Positions 1-14,738 of a stretch of DNA of 64,000 nucleotides are shown in pieces. Source of the stretch: the human T2T-CHM13v2.0 reference genome, Homo sapiens; NCBI RefSeq assembly GCF_009914755.1, contig NC_060934.1. One strand, given 5' to 3'. The translations under genes were made by a program, and so were the position numbers. The notes beneath the pieces are model-generated. The model did no database searches. It was not told the origin of the DNA and saw nothing but the letters and a program-made list of their open reading frames with translations. Numbering within the stretch: position 1 is the first letter of the stretch; each line of letters starts with the position of its first letter.

Positions 1-62
1 CACCATGTTAGCCAGGATGGTCTCGATCCCCTGACCTTGTGATCCACCCGCCTCGACCTCCC
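1..62 (-). mobile_element. Alu left-arm fragment (AluY/Sc-like), cut by the window edge
   Basis: caccatgttagccaggatggtctcgatc..tgacc..gtgatccacccgcctc is the reverse complement of the Alu left monomer. Confidence 0.9.
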
Positions 63-1200
63 TTCATGTTTTTTTTTAATATCCTTTATATCTTCTCATG
101 GCAAGTGGTCATATCTGATGATCAAACTATATTTGTTAAATAATGTTTCATGTAGTTAATATAGAGCAAGTTGAAAATAATATATTAAAACAGTAATTTC
201 TACAAGGTACAACCTAAACACAATAACTGATACAATACTTTTTAAGTGATTTTCGGGTTTTTTTGGTACCTCGTCTAGAAGGATTATTCAAAAATGCAAA
301 TGTCTCCACTAACTTCCCACTTATTTCTTCCTGGGAAAATTTTTACATTTTAAAAGAATCTTGCAAGTAAGAGGACATGAAATGTGCTCGTACACTACCT
401 ATAAAGCATCAACACGTAGAAAAATCTGTAAATCCTCTATACTTTGGTAAAGGGGTATGTTATTTCACCTCTCACTTTAATTGACTTTTTCTCATATCTC
501 TACCCATTTCAGAGTAACTTCTTCAAGTTTCTTGTCATTGTCCTTCCATTTGATAAGCAGAACATAACAATAGATGACTCGTAAAAATCTGTGACCAATT
601 CAAGGAACCTGTTAGAGCTGAGAAAGCAGCAAGTGACAGCAGGTCAGTAACTCATTTAAATGTGAACTGGAGTGCAAGGGTGCAAATCTTTTGAATTCCA
701 ATTACATTTATAGCTTTTTGGTATATTTCTAGAAGGCAAAAAGGTAGGATATCCAAACATTTAATTCATTTAAGTCTTTATCTTTTAGCACCACACTATG
801 AGAATCCTTTAGCCAGAAAAAAAAAATGCGTATACAATATTTTCAGTGGGCCGTTTAATATAAAAATTTAGTTTCTTGGATTTTAGAAAATTTTTCTAAA
901 ACTTAGTAAAAATACAGGTAAGTAAACAGAGGGTTTTTTCCAAAAAATATAAAATGTAAGCTTTAAAACATAAAATGAAGGAGACAACACAGATGCTTTG
1001 AAAATCACTTTATATTTTTAAAGACATTCTGGGAAAATTAATAGGTATTGTGTGTGTCTTTATATAAAAATATCCTACATGCCATAATTTTACAAAAAAA
1101 AAATACTGAGCTAAGTTACATAGAACAGGCGACATACCCCCATTGAAGAATATGTGTTTATAAAAGCTATATGTATGCCTTATTCAATACTATAAAGTCT

Positions 1201-1370
1201 CAGCCTGACATGGTGACAGGGAGCCTATAGTCCCATTGACTCTTGGGGCTGAAGTGGGAGGATCACTTAAGCCCAGGATTTTAAGGTTGCAATAAGCTAT
1301 GATTGTGTCACTGCTCTCCAGCCTGGGTGACAGATATCCCATCTCTAGAAAATTAAAAAATTAAAAATTA
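1201..1370 (+). mobile_element. Old Alu monomer (FRAM/AluJ right-arm type)
   Basis: gcctatagtccca..ggctgaagtgggaggatcacttaagcccagga..ctccagcctgggtgacaga followed by an A-rich tail. Confidence 0.85.
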
Positions 1371-1768
1371 AATATTATGTTTATTTTATTTTTTTTTTGT
1401 GTTATCACTTTTTAAAGTCTGGGAGACCTTATTTTTTATTAAGGTATGATGGACACCAAAAACACTTATTTAATGTATATTATACATTAAATATACATTA
1501 TATTGATGCATTTGAAGATAATTATGGAATCTCTTAAAAAATACCTATTCCACGTTTTGTTATGTTGCCCTTGATAATTAATTCTTTTTTTCTCTCTTAC
1601 TGTGATTTGAAAAAAACCATTTTCCTTCTCTTTTTTTTTTAAATATATGCCTTAGTTATGAATTATATACAGGCAAATAACTTATGACATATGTATTATT
1701 ATATAGAGATAAAACAACCCAAACTCCCATATGCTCAAATTCCAGTTTAAGAAATAGCATGTTGCTAT

Positions 1769-2497
<729 letters not shown>

Positions 2498-2806
2498 CTG
2501 TGGGTTATTTCAAATTAAGCTATCCTACAGCACTTAAGAAAATGAATGTAGAATATCACAGATTATGTAAACTACCAATTTTTAAAATAAATAGTACAGA
2601 ACAAATCGAATAAATAGTATAGAACAAATATTAGATTACTGAGGAATACAAGAAGTATGAAGAGGAGCATAGATCAACTAGAATGACTAAGATTAGTAAA
2701 AGAAATATCGGAAGAACTAGAGATTATGTTTAAAGGAAACTGAAGATTATGAGAAGGGAATTTCAAAGGTTTCATATGGTATAGAGAGGTAAGAACAGTT
2801 AAAGAA

Positions 2807-2870
2807 TGTGTGTGTGTGTGTGTGTGTGTGTCTGTGTGTGTGTGTGTGGAGAGAGAGAGAGGGAGAGAAA
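2807..2870. repeat. Compound (TG)n(GA)n microsatellite
   Basis: Directly visible dinucleotide runs. Confidence 0.95.
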
Positions 2871-2959
2871 GAAATGAAGATAGCCACACATTTCTTGTTA
2901 CTCTTACCATTAAAAAGGTATGGGTTTGTTTTCCTTTTTTGTGAAATTCCACAAGCCTG

Positions 2960-3970
2960 TGATTTGTTTTGAGCAATATAATACAACAGAATATGTGATC
3001 TTGGGTAGCCTCTGACCTTGGGCTTTAAAAGATCTGAATCTTTTACTTTCCCCTCTGATAGAAAGCTCCCTCTTAGAAGAAATAAACAATTTAAGATGCC
3101 TGACTACTCTTAGAAGAAAATGTTGTGAGGGAGCCCAAGCTAGCCACATGAAGAAAAGGAGAAAGAAAATGTTAAAGAGGAGGTGTGTAAGAATATCGAG
3201 GTGCTGGACATGTGAACTAAGCCTTCTGGAATTTTCCACTCCAGTCTAGGCAACAGCTAAAAGTAGCCAGGGTGACAGAGTGCATAAACCCAGCTGATAG
3301 CATGTGAAAGAGAAGAACCACCCAAAAGAGCCATATCCACATTTTTAACCCAAAGAATCTGAGGTAAATTAAATGATTATTTTCAAAGCCACTATGTGTT
3401 GTGCTAATTTGTTACACAGAAATAGATTATGAAACGAAATTGGTACTTAGAAGTGGGGCATTATTGTAAAAGAAGTCTTAAACGTGTAGCATTAGGTTTA
3501 GATCTGTGTGATGGTCAGAGGCTGAAGTTGATGAGAACATTTTTATTGGGGGCTGGAAAGTCAGTAAGGAAATTACTACTAGAGACTGCATAAATGAGGT
3601 CTCAATTTAGTTCTGACAGAACAAATAGCAGAACTACCACTCATAGCTACAGGAAAGATAGAAAATATAATTTTTTATAATGTGGAACAGGAAATAATAT
3701 TTCCAGGCACAATGTGGAAAGTGTTCATGGATGACTTTTAGCTAGATATGCAGTATAGCTTGTTGTTACCATCCAGCCAAGCCTAGCTAGAAGACGAATG
3801 AAGTCCAGCAAAGGGCATCAGCAGGTGCAATGTGGGAAAGAACTGCCCAGACATGTCTTGCCTACGTTCCTGATTCTCAGTATTGAGAACACATAAAATA
3901 GCTATTTTAAGCCACAAAATTACTTTGTTATGTTGTGATAGATATCTGTTGTGATAGATAACTGAAACAA
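2960..3970 (+). mobile_element. Ancient MLT1-type ERVL-MaLR remnant (LTR + start of internal region + LTR fragment)
   Basis: LTR end aatttgttacacagaaatagat followed by the internal start attggtacttagaagtgggg (~3439); second LTR-end motif gatagataactgaaaca at ~3953-3969. Left boundary approximate. Confidence 0.6.
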
Positions 3971-4208
3971 GAGAAGTTTTGCCAGAAAATATGACTTTGA
4001 CATTATTGGAGTGATGAGGATAAAAGCAAAATTATAAATACAGATTAATAAATAGGAGATTTAAAAGTAGAAAAGAAATGGTTGCTTCTTCTCTAAATTA
4101 GCTACCTTAATTTCCATTACTCAACTCACAATAACCTAATTTTTTCTCACAAAAGTATAGTTGCATTATTTTTCTAATTCATTTTAATAATCCCTATTAC
4201 TAAATTAT

Positions 4209-4348
4209 AAAATACTGGATTAGAGAGGAAGTCAAAGGTTATAAATTAAATAATATTATCTTAAAGACCATAGAATCAAAAAATATTGTATTAGAGAGGA
4301 AGTCAAAGGCTATAAATTAAATAATATTATATTTTAAAGACCATAGAA
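4209..4348. repeat. Two-copy tandem duplication, period 71 bp
   Basis: attagagaggaagtcaaagg(t/c)tataaattaaataatattat..ttaaagaccatagaa starts at 4219 and at 4290. Confidence 0.95.
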
Positions 4349-4671
4349 ACAATGATTTTTAATGTCTCCTCTAAAATTTAAATAAACGTGAACTATTTAC
4401 TAATATTTTCCTTACTGATTTTACCTATTTTAAGGAGTTTAGGGTTCACTAAAGGCAATAAATTAAGTATTGTCCATTTACCAGTATTCGGAATTAACAG
4501 CTACTAACATTTTAATATTTGCTTACAAACTTTTAAAAATATGCATTGTAACTACCACCCTCAATCCAATAAAATACATGTCAGTTTCCCACATCTATGC
4601 CACTTGTGAGAAAATTTATAGTGATCAAGGTATAGATTCTACCATTGTACCATTTTAAAATCCTTAAATTA

Positions 4672-4738
4672 ATAGATATATAGTAGATATATATATAAAT
4701 AGATAGATATAGAAGTAGATAATAGATATACAAATAGG

Positions 4739-4770
<32 letters not shown>

Positions 4771-4777
4771 AAAAAAA
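4672..4777. repeat. TA/GATA-rich low-complexity tract with (TA)n(CA)n
   Basis: Directly visible. Confidence 0.85.
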
Positions 4778-4799
4778 CTTCACAATTTTTACATTACTT

Positions 4800-6000
4800 T
4801 TGTGTTTAATTTACATAAATAAAATTATATTCTATGTACAATCATGTTACTTTTTGGCACTGTAATATATGTGTGGAGATATATTGATTTACTACTTTGA
4901 TAAATATAGATATGTCAGTACTTTAACTTCCATATTTTATTCCATAACATGCCTTTTTATTCATCACTTCCTCTATTTCAGGGTAATTCCATTATTTCCA
5001 GTTTTTCTCTATTACAAACCATAGCACAGTATATATTTTAGTCAAGATCTCTCTGTAAATCTATAGGAAAGTTTACTATGCAAACCTCTAAAGCATCACT
5101 CTAAGATTTGGAGAATGCACCTTGTAAACTGTACTACCTCAGCTGTACAAGTTCACTTCCAGGCAATGGTGTATCCGAGTAGCATCTCCCTCCACCATAT
5201 ACATACTGGCATTAGCTTTGGCTTTTTTTTTAAATTTCCTGATTCAGTAGCTGAAAAATAGTATCTCACTTTGTAAAAATTTGTTTATTCTTGACTATTA
5301 GTGAGTTTGAATATCTTTTACTAGTTGATATTTCAACTTGTATGTTAATTGCTTTCCTTTGCCATTCTATATTCATAGTAGAAATATTATACTTATTCTT
5401 GTACATTGTCTGTGTAATATATGAATTTCAAGTATGTTTCCATGATCTGTAACTATATTTTAACCTTGCTGTACTATAGATTGTCTTGCCAAATTTTAAT
5501 TTTGATTTATGGTTAATGTTTTTACCATCTTGTGTAAGAAATTGTTCCTACCCAGAGGTCACAAATATATTTTCCATATTTTCTTATAATAGCATTAAAT
5601 TTTTATTAAAGTCTTTGTATTTAATTCTATAAACTATTGGAAATTTATTTTTGTCTTTATTATCCCATATGCATAACAACTTGTCTCTAAACCATTTGTA
5701 TTTTAATAGTCTCTCTCTCTTTCAGTGTTGCCACTTCTAAAATACACCATGTTCCCATAAAATGCTCTGATTTCTTCCTGAGTTCTATTCAAATCCTTTG
5801 ATATATTTGTCTATTAGTATCTAATAGCTTTTTAAATAATATTGGTGGATACTTAGCATGGCAATTTCCATCTACATTTTGTACTTTTAAAGATTTTTCT
5901 TAGGTATTACTGTAACTGTATAGTTTCATATACATTTTAGAATCAGTTTGTACCCAGTTGCTTTTAATTCATAGATTATTTGTGGAAGAGTTCTGTGATG
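4800..6000 (-). mobile_element. Ancient L1 (L1ME-like) fragments
   Basis: T-rich sequence with degenerate antisense L1 3' motifs (ttttctctattacaaac, ttcttgactattagtgagtttgaatatcttt, acattttagaatcagtttg). Confidence 0.55.
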
Positions 6001-6238
6001 CTATTGTCCTTATCTTGGACCCAATAGTCGGTAAAGTGACAATGTCTGATCTCTACCTCTCTATTTTATATTGTTTATGATTTTGCATTTAATTAGATAT
6101 TTTTTTCATCCTGATTTAAGATAAATCTTGTACATTAGTATGTTCAAAACCTTAATCTCTTACCAATCTTTTACTATTTAATAACTATTTTATTATTTAA
6201 TAACTCTCAAGATCCACACTTTCCTCTGTTTTTAATAT

Positions 6239-6629
6239 TGTCTTAGTCCATTTTCTATTTCTTATAGCAGAATATCCAAAACTGGGTAATTTATTAATAA
6301 AAACAAAAGAAATTCATTGCTTACAATTATGGAGGCTGAGAAGTCCAGGGTCAACGGGCTTTATCTGGTGAGGACCTTCTTGCTGGTGAGGACTCTATGC
6401 AGAGTCCTGAGGCAGTGCAGAGCGTAACATGAGAGGAGGCTGACCATGTTCACTAAGGTTTCTCTTTCTCTTCTTATAAAGCCACCATTCCCACTTCCAT
6501 GATAACACATTTGTCCATTAATTCATTAATCCATAAATCACCTCTTACAGGCCCCACCTTTCAACACTACCATATTAGGGATTAATTTGCACATGAGTTT
6601 TAGAGGGGACAAACATTCAAACTATAACA
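6239..6629 (-). mobile_element. MaLR solo LTR (MSTD/MLT1A-like)
   Basis: tgtcttagtccatttt..ggaggctgagaagtccagggtc..catgagttttagaggggacaaacattcaaactataaca. Confidence 0.8.
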
Positions 6630-8281
6630 GCCACCACCACACAATTCCTAGAGTCACTCACCAATACCACTAAAATAGCCTTGTAGTTAATGTCTCCCTG
6701 ACCTCATTTGGTCCCCTCTGGTTTTTTTCTAACATCAACTAGAGTGATCTTGTAAGGCCTGTTTAACTTTTACCTATTTAGATCTCTGTCAAAATATACT
6801 TCCTCAGAGAAGCTTTTCCTATTATTCTTGAGTTGTTTAAACTTCCCTTATTCATACTTTCATAAAATTATGCAATTATTCTTAATAGCACTTCTCTTTG
6901 CTGTAGCCATACATTATTATTAATTGTTATATTAATCACTACTAATTAACAATAATATTATTAGCATATATTGTTCTCAACATAACTTTAAACCCAGTGT
7001 GTGCAGGAGCCTTGTCTTTTATGCCAACTATATCATTTCCTGTTCCTAACTAATAACTATAAATAAAATTGCTTAAAATTATTTGATGAGTGAATGTATA
7101 TAATGGCTGTTTTGAATTAATTTGATTTTTGCCTTAACCAAGTATATTGGGCTTCAAATTGTGAACCAGGGGCACAAATCTTCCACAGGAATTCCCATCC
7201 CTGTTATCATCATAATGGGCTCAGGTGCTGAGTACCCAATTTCTGTTTCATCTGTAGGAAACATGCTCATATAAGCTTCAAAAAATGTTCCAATGTTAAA
7301 ATAAATTTTAACACGGGAGAACAATCATTTAAAACCAAGTTTCCAGTAATTTAAAAGAATATGAGTACTAGTTTATAAGAACAAACTGAAGTGTGCATTT
7401 TTTTTTGTTTGTGTTTTGCTTTTATCTCAGCAAAAATTATTTACATACCAAGTCAGCAGAGCTTTGAGGAAATCTTGGCTTTGTTCTTCATATTCCTGTT
7501 ATTTTAATATTTTATATTCATCTTTAAATAAGGAAAGATCTACTTATGTGTAACGTTTACACATATAGAGTTAAAATTTTAACATATTATCCACCTACTC
7601 TTCTTTACTTTCACTCCCTCATGATAACTGTGGGTAGAAAACTCACACAAAAATGAAGCTGAAGTATGAACTTCCTTGCATTAGAATGTCTATTATCAAA
7701 AAAACAAAAGATAATAATTGATGGCTACTATGTGGAAAAACTAACTCTTTTTTACCATTGATGGAGATGTAAAATGGTGCAGTAGCTATGGAAAACAGCA
7801 TGTTGGTTCCTCAAAAAAATTTTTGTTTAAAAAATCACTATATGATACAGCAATTCCACTTTTGAGTATACACCCAAAAAGGTGTAAAGCAGAATTTGAA
7901 GAGATATTTGTAGATCCATTTTTTATGGTGGCATTATTCACAATTGCCAAGAGGTGTAAGGAACACAAGGATGAATGGATAAACAAAATGTGGTAGGTAC
8001 ATACAACAGAATATGATTCAGCCTTAAAAGGATGGAAATTCTGACACATGCCACAACATGAATGACCCTTGAGGACATTGTAAGTAAAAAAGCCACAATC
8101 ACAAAAGGAAAAATATTATGAGCTTTTACTTGCATTGGGTAACTAAAGTCGTCCAATTCATAGAGACAGAGAGTTGAATGGTGGTTGCCAGGGACTGGAG
8201 GGAGAGGGAAACGGGGAGTCATTGTTTAATAGGTACAGAGTTTCTGTTTTACAAGATAAAAAGAGCTCTGGTGATGGTCGA

Positions 8282-8625
8282 TGCTTATAATCTGAATGTT
8301 TGTGTCCCCTCCAACTTCATATGTCGACATTCTAATGCCCTAGGTGATCATATTAGGAGGTGAAGGCTTTTGGAAAGTGATTAGTTCAAAAGGGCAAGGC
8401 AATCATCTTTAGAATTAGTGCTTTATGGAAAAGAAAGTTAGCTAGCTTCTTCCACTATTTCAGGACACAGCTAGAAGACACTGTCTATGAGGAACAGGCC
8501 CTTACCAGAACTCAAAACTTCTGGAGCCTTGGTCTTGAGCTTGTCAGCCTCTAGAACTGTAAGAAATAAATGTCTGTTAATAAGCTACCCAGTTTATGGT
8601 ATTTTTGTTATAGCGGCATGAATTG
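8282..8625 (+). mobile_element. MLT1A-type MaLR solo LTR
   Basis: tgcttataatctgaatgtttgtgtcccc..cagcctctagaactgtaagaaataaatg..gtttatggtatttttgttatagc. Confidence 0.8.
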
Positions 8626-8682
8626 ATGCAATCTGAATGTATTCAATACCCCGGAACTGTACACTTAAAAATGGTTACAATG

Positions 8683-8975
<293 letters not shown>

Positions 8976-9039
8976 TACAATGGTAAATTGTATGACATGT
9001 ATATTATAGCAAAATTAATTTTAAAATATAAAAAGAAAA

Positions 9040-9492
9040 AACATAAATCTGAATTAGCCAGAAATTAGAAACAGCATATATGCCCACCAACTAGTGAATG
9101 AATATACAAAATACTGTATATCAAGAAAAAGAAATACTATTCAGCAATAAAAAAGAACTGCTGAACCATGTTGTGACACAGATTAACCTAAAAAATGTGG
9201 CAAATGAAAGAAGTCAAAAACAAGAGGTCTCACCCATAATGTGTGATTTTATTTATATGAAATGTCCAGAAAAGGCAAATCTATAGAGACAGAGAGACAA
9301 CTATTGTCTGCCTGAGGCAGAGCGAGGGAGCAAAGATTAAAAGTTCATGGGCATGAGGGATCTTATTGGGGAAATACAAAACTAATTTATATTGATGATT
9401 GCACAACTTGGTAAATTTACTCTTTTGTATTGATTGTACACTTGAAATAAGTGAATTATATGATATGTAAAATATGTCCCAATAAAGTTATA
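9040..9492 (+). mobile_element. L1MB8-like 3' end
   Basis: tttatatgaaatgtccagaaaaggcaaatctatagagacaga..gggcatgagggatcttattgggg..gattgcacaacttggtaaatttac..aataaag. Confidence 0.75.
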
Positions 9493-11149
9493 TTGACAAG
9501 AGGTGTGTACGACAGAAAGTCTATAGAATCATTACTGATTAATTGTGAAGGCAAAGAGAAAAGTAAAATAATCACTACTTGTGAGGCTGAATGATAAATA
9601 TACTTGATCTCAACCTACTTGAAAGAAAGAACATTGACATTTGAAGTCAGAACTGTTGAAGGAAATACTAGTAATAATTTAAAATATTATGTTACATGGA
9701 AGGGTTTGGTCTAGCAATGAATCTATATATGCTGGTTTCTCCCATGTCTCCATCTATGGCTTGGATCCAGGCAACTTCTTCTTCAGGAAGTTTTGCAGAT
9801 CAGAGTAGAGTCCAAAACAATGAAACAAGTGGTTGGAGAAAAATACTATCTCTGTTCCAAGCATTGAGGGGAGTCTTTTTTTCAGTTCACCTTGTCATTG
9901 TTTTCATTTGTCCTGGAAATAATAAGAGTGAGAAAGATAAGATCAAATGGTGAGTCTAAATGTCCTTGATTGTGGAGAACATATGGCTTTTCAATCTCAC
10001 ATTGGATCTATCCAATTTTTATTTGTTAAGACTACAGCATATTCTAGAGCAAAAGCTCTAACCGGGAATGTAGACTTGAAGTGTCCTCACCCCATTATCC
10101 TAGTTATTCTGCTTGAGGCAACTTCAATGTACATAAGTTGGGAGATGAGACTCAAGCATCCTAAGATCTTTACCTATTCTTTCCACTCTGTCACAAGCAA
10201 TAAAAATTTCACAAGAAATGTGATTTCAACATGGGAAAGAAAGGAAGACAATGAAATCTTCTATATGAATTGAAACAGAAAAAAAAGCCTTGTTTTAAGA
10301 ATGTATTACATTTAAAATTGTAAAAGTTTTCTATCTCAAATTACAGTGACTAAACATTTTATCCACACTTATGAATTATTAAAGCATAGTGTATCTTGCC
10401 TTTGACAAGTAGGTGATTATCAAATTTGCTTTGCTTTGGTAGGACAAGTAAGAAAAAGGATTTCTGTCATCTGACATAGGTGTTTGGATTTGGCATAAAA
10501 CATATCCAATTACTTTTCAAAGAATCTAATATCTTGATGACAGATGCATATAGAAAATATGTCATTGGAATAATATATTAAATTGATATTATGAAATTAC
10601 CTTAAACTATGACTATATATGCACAGGAGAGAGAATGATAGCAGATAGCAATTTTTTACATATCTGCATTTCAAACATATTTGACAGTAGAAGAAAGGCA
10701 CGCTTGCAAATGGACTACAAGAAGGCAAGAAGATATAAGGATATAGATACTAAAATATTTTCTGGAAATGAAGTCATGCCAGAATAAAAATATACATGCA
10801 AAACTACAGTCCATAGTACCTGAATTCTTAAACTTTGAAGTGTGTGAAAAGAAGAGGATGAATATCAACAGACTTTTGTCCTCTTAAAAACTGTTCTGAC
10901 ATTTATATGTAAAACTTTAATGACTTTTATTATTGTGCATTTTAGAGGTGGGAAACAAGTTTTCTCAGTGCACAATCATACTTCATTAGTTTCGCTTCTT
11001 CCTCACACAGAAATCCTCACTGCCTATTCAAGGCTTTGAAGCATACAGCTGATTACATGTTTAATATTAGAGGTTACTAAGTTGTAAAAATAAAGCACAG
11101 TGAGTATAATGATCAAAAGAGTATTATTCAAGTAATCAGTATTTCCCTC

Positions 11150-12030
11150 ACTAACGTGAGAGAAATATATTCATTTACTAAATGTTTTTGAAGTTCTCCT
11201 ATAAACTAGCTTCTATGTTAGGTGCTAAAGCTATCACCATAAACAAGACAGATGAAGGACTAAGAGAAAATGAGAAATCATAGATTATTCTTAGAATTTT
11301 GTCCTGAACAAGCCAATAGATGAGTAGTGATGACATTTGCTATGGTATGTTCAAGAGAGAAACTAGATTCTTCCTTCTGAGTTTAGAAAGAAAAGAGCTT
11401 GGAATTAAGCAGCCTGTTTTTTTTTAGAACATACTAAATTTAAAATCAGTATTAGATATCCAAGGAAAACAATAGTGTACAAATTGGATATACAAATCTA
11501 AGTCTTACAGGAGTTTTTAGTGTTCTGAAGTAAGCTTGGAAGTCTCCAAAGTAGTCATTTAAGCCATTAGGTTGAATAAGATCACTTAATGAAAGTATGT
11601 AGCTGCATGCGAGCTCTGGAAAAGAAGAAAAAGAATAGTCAGTGGAGTCAGGAGGAGTTGCCAATGATGTAATAGAACAAATGAAAAACAGGTAACGAAA
11701 AGTGTAGAAGAATATGGTGTTTTGGAAAACTGAAGATAATATTTCTGGAAAGAGGAAGTGGCAAGATGTATCAAATGCTGTTGAGATGTTAAGTGAAGAT
11801 AGACTATTGATCATTGATTTTGGCAAATTAAAGCTATCCTGTGGCCTTGTCAAAGACTATTTCATTAGAAAGGTAGAAACAAAACAGGAACAGAATGGGG
11901 GGAAGAAAGAATGTTTCAAACAGAGACAGAGAAATAGAGGGAGGGCATAAGAGGATGTAAGTATAAATTACTCTTCTGAGAAGTATTAATATAAAAAGGA
12001 GTAAAGAAATGGAGCAGTATCTGGTATTTT
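11150..12030 (-). mobile_element. L2 fragments
   Basis: ttcatttactaaatgtttttg..; tcaaatgctgttgagatgttaagtgaagat..ttgattttggcaa purine-rich motifs typical of antisense L2. Confidence 0.6.
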
Positions 12031-12961
12031 TAAAATATCATTTGCTAATAAATAATAATTAGTGACAGCTACCACTACCAAACACTTAATAAACATTAAG
12101 GTATTTAGAGAAGTTTTAAGTTACCTCACTTGTAAATATCCTGTGACGTAGACAAACAGATGAGAAACAGAAATGTTAATACATTTACAAGATCACAGAG
12201 ATAATAAGTAACAGGTTTTGGGATATGAATTAGGCACATGGGTTCAGAATAATTAAACCTCAATTCTGGTTATATTCACCATATGTGATTATTCATCCCT
12301 ATGCATTGTATTTAGTATCCTGTCATAATAAAAAAAAACTATTTAGTTTGATGCAATTCATAAAATTTTGCTATCTTTATTGTCTGGTGTCAAATAGATT
12401 TTGACCAACTATCAGGATAAAGATTTATTCATGATGTTGCCATGTAGTAAACATAAAACTATATTGTGAAGTTTCAGACAAACATTATTCCCTGTGGCAA
12501 GTTGAGTTTCTCCCTCCTTTCAAGTGGAAAAAGATTGCTTTATTGCAATGCTATTCAAATAGTAGCACACAGACCAGGTCAGGCTGAGAAATTTTGTTTC
12601 AGGTAAATAGATGAAAACAGAAATTGAGAGTTAGTGTTTAGCAAACTGCTAATTGTGATGGAATCCAGGAGCATTAGTATTTTTCTCATAATTAATATAA
12701 TTGTATTTTTCAAATATATGAATCTTCCATAGACTAAAAATTCAAAGCAAAAAGCTTTAAAATATTCTTAGCATATTTAGTTTGAAAAACACCATTCATG
12801 GGCATTTTTGGCAAAAATAAAAGAAAATATCATTGCTGTCTATAATGCTGACAGACTTTATTGGTTATGTTTTAGTTCACTAAGTCAATGATTAATGGAA
12901 AAACCTAGGAGACATTTGTCTGTACTGTTTTTAATTCATTGAAATATTTTGAGTTGCCTCC

Positions 12962-13471
12962 TGCTGAGACCAGCTCAGCTGGGGAGACTCTAACCCAGAG
13001 GCACTAGAGGAATTAAAGACACACACAGAAATATAGAGGTGTGAAGTGGGAAATCAGGGATCTCACAGCCTTCAGAGTGGGAGCCTCGAACAGAGATTTA
13101 CCCACATATTTATTCACAGCAAGCCAGTCATTAGCATTGTTTCTACAGATATTTGATTAACTAAAAGTATCCCTTATGGGAAACGAAGGGATGGGCCGAA
13201 TTAAAGGAATAGGTTGGGCTAGTTAACTGCAGCAGGAGCATGTCCTTAAGGCACAGATTGCTCATGCTATTGTTTGTGGCTTAAGAATGCCTTTAAGTGG
13301 TTTTCTGCCCTGGGCGGGCCAGGTATTCCTTGCCCTCATTCCGGTAAACCCACAACCTTCCAGCGTGGGCTTTGTGGCCATCATGAACATGTCACAGTGC
13401 TGCAGAGATTTTGCTTATGGCCAGTTTTGGGGCCAGTTTATGGCCAGATTTTGGGGGGCTTGTTCCCAACA
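12962..13471 (-). mobile_element. MER9 solo LTR (HERV-K HML-3 group)
   Basis: Reverse complement begins TGTTGGGAACAAGCCCCCCAAAATCTGGCCATAAACTGGCCCCAAAACTGGCCATAA; 6-bp TSD gcctcc (12956-12961) / gccttc (13472-13477). Confidence 0.9.
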
Positions 13472-14137
13472 GCCTTCTGTTCACCTTTGTATCCTTAACC
13501 ATGTGCCTGAATGCCCATATTAAAATGAAGAAAAATAAGATCACCCCCACTCAGCTAAGCCCAATCTACAGTTGAAAACTTATAAAAAATAAATTCATAC
13601 AAATTTTCCCTGTTAGTATTCAGAAAACAATGTACATATTAAACATTGAGTAAACCTCAGTAAAACAAATTAAACCTGAAATAAAATATGTCCCTCCTCA
13701 AATACACACAGTTTTTGTGAAATAGCACATTTTTAGTAGTTTGGGATCAACAGGAAAAATATATTAAAAGAGTGGAGATAGTGTTCTTGTAGTTGTTTCC
13801 CCACAGGGGGTTGTTTAGAATTGGGTGACTCTCCTAGGATTATATAGTTATGAGTACATTAATTTGGCTGAGTTCTATGGCTTTGTATTAAGCATAGATT
13901 TTTTAAAGTTTGCAAACTCATTTTCGTAAGGTATACCAATATGATAATTTGTTTGTCTTGGGGGTTTTCATTTTCAATGAAATTAATTAGCTTTACTTGG
14001 CTGAGAAATGTTCGGTTTTAATCATTTCATCTTCATGATCAACAGATATGAGTTTATAGATCATTAAAATAAATAGTCATGCATCAAGGAGCTTGATTAA
14101 TTATAAATAATTTTAAACTCTTTTGATAAATTTAAAC

Positions 14138-14738
14138 ACTTCAGTTAGAATGTCCTATTTTCAAGTAACAAACATGCCAAATTCCAAACTGACTTAAACA
14201 ATAAAATTATTATTGAATTATTTTATTGTGTTGTATTATTGCATTATATTGTATGAATTATTACGATTATTATTGTATTATTTTCCCTAATAAGTGGTTC
14301 AGAATTAGGATGGTTCTAGACATAGTACTTCAGGGCTAAGATCCACTTTCCTAAAGTTCTTTGCACTCTATATGACTGTTTGTGGGCTTCACCTTCAGGT
14401 AGATACCAAGAAGTCTGCAGCAGTTCTACGTGTTAAATTCAGACAGGACAACAAAATAAAATGTGGATCACTACTCTTGTGATAAAAGAAAAACAAAAAA
14501 GCTTTCCAAGAACACATTTCCCAAGCAGCTCCCTATCATGTGTGATTGGACATAATAGAGCCACATCATTCTTAAAGCAGTACAGCTAGGGGAAGAAATA
14601 ATAACTGTTGGGTTAATGAAATTCATAGCTATGTGGATCAGAATAATTACCAAAAAGAAAAAATTAGGATACTATTAGAAAAGAATAAAGATTGTTTCCA
14701 AGAGAATGCTAGGTATGTAACCAACAGTAACTGCTACA
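14138..14738 (-). mobile_element. Ancient ERVL/MaLR-type LTR remnant
   Basis: tcagttagaatg..caagtaacaaaca..aaactgacttaaacaataaaa at one end and aaccaacagtaactgctaca at the other; heavily diverged. Confidence 0.5.

Noticed and set aside
913-923. Strong splice-donor-like TACAG|GTAAGT
   Set aside because: Isolated motif; no upstream exon with an open frame or acceptor that I can support.
9696-10273. Adjacent 85-aa and 108-aa ORFs in apparently unique sequence
   Set aside because: No recognisable domain, no convincing splice or start context, and lengths expected by chance.
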